Positions 16,743 through 17,380 of a stretch of 17,380 nucleotides of DNA are shown in pieces; the first letter of the stretch is position 1, and every line of letters starts with the position of its first letter. A model generated the notes under the pieces. The model saw nothing but the letters and a program-made list of their open reading frames with translations, was not told the DNA's origin and did not search any database. The DNA lies in the NCBI GenBank assembly GCA_019056785.1, contig DXJV01000066.1, positions 1-17,380 on the forward strand. Reading direction: 5' to 3'. The stretch comes from Candidatus Heimdallarchaeota archaeon. Its GTDB lineage: Archaea; Asgardarchaeota; Heimdallarchaeia; JABLTI01. The position numbers and the translations under genes are program-made.

Positions 16743-17380
16743 GTACTAAGAAAGATTCGAACTCTTCTTCAGATAAAGTCTATCATGATCCTTTAGAAGA
16801 AAAGACACCAACCGACACCTCTACAGAAGAAAATTCGCAATCACGCCTTGCAGATTTCAAAGAGCATTCAAAAAAGTATCTTTGGAACATTGGGAAAGCT
16901 CTTTTGCCTTTTGCGTCTCTCTTTCTTTTGTTAGAAATTGCAATGTTAATCGTTCATGCTGTAAATCCTGACATTAGTGATAACCTTTTCCCCATTCCTC
17001 ATGAACTGGTTGCTTATGCTTGGCGAGCCTTTTTCCCTGGAAAGGACTCTTTTGAGCCCTCTGTTGCGCTTCATATTGGCCGGAGTTTTGCGCGTGTGGC
17101 AATTGGCTTTGCAATTGGAGTTGTGTCCGGCATTCTAATAGGAATCTTAATGGGAATAAGCAAATGGTTTTATCGATTGCTAAATCCATTATTTAGCTTA
17201 ATGATCTCTATCCCAACACTTGCTTGGGTTCCCATTCTTTTGACGATTTTTGGTTTGAATCCTACAACAATTGTGATAACAGTCTTTTTAGGCTGTTTCT
17301 TCCCCATTGTCTACAGCACTACAAATGGTATCCGCTCTATTGACAAGAAGCTCATTTGGGCTGCACGAATTATGGGGGCA
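16739..17380 (+). CDS. Second NitT/TauT permease, partial (runs off the window end)
   Basis: Absent from the ORF track. TTG 16739 overlaps the previous TGA (TTGA) and has GGTG upstream. Manual translation: MSTKKDS...HIGRSFARVAIG...GILMG...SIPTLAWVPI...FFPIVYSTTNGIRSIDKKLIWAARIMGA. Confidence 0.9.
   Translation, partial: MSTKKDSNSSSDKVYHDPLEEKTPTDTSTEENSQSRLADFKEHSKKYLWNIGKALLPFASLFLLLEIAMLIVHAVNPDISDNLFPIPHELVAYAWRAFFPGKDSFEPSVALHIGRSFARVAIGFAIGVVSGILIGILMGISKWFYRLLNPLFSLMISIPTLAWVPILLTIFGLNPTTIVITVFLGCFFPIVYSTTNGIRSIDKKLIWAARIMGA

Noticed and set aside
16131-17189. Minus-strand ORFs 16131, 16142, 16974
   Set aside because: Antisense to the two permease genes.

Overview
AT-rich, gene-dense archaeal chromosomal segment. 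The evidence for an archaeal origin is a DUF61 gene, GGTG-type Shine-Dalgarno (SD) sites, many TTG/GTG starts, BRE/TATA-like promoters, oligo-T ends, and substrate-binding proteins (SBPs) that are sequon-rich and C-terminally anchored. The SBP style suggests Asgard archaea (Heimdallarchaeia-like); this is an inference. Contents in order: a head-to-head junction of two 5'-truncated genes (probable DNA methyltransferase fragment on -, family-5 SBP fragment on +); an intact, apparently circularly permuted family-5 SBP; a stand-alone condensation/acyltransferase gene whose likely ATG is out of frame behind two tandem -1 slippery heptamers; Fe-ADH plus an LsrG-like ABM protein; DUF61; a small multi-CxxC protein; an OYE flavin oxidoreductase; three membrane hypotheticals; a class-I disulfide reductase; an ATP-grasp plus GT2 pair; and a NitT/TauT-type ABC transporter (SBP and two permeases, running off the right end). 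That transporter has three helically phased operator-like sites upstream and a perfect 17-bp inverted repeat after the SBP. No rRNA, tRNA, CRISPR array or transposase was recognised. All family calls come from motif recognition by eye, with no database search.
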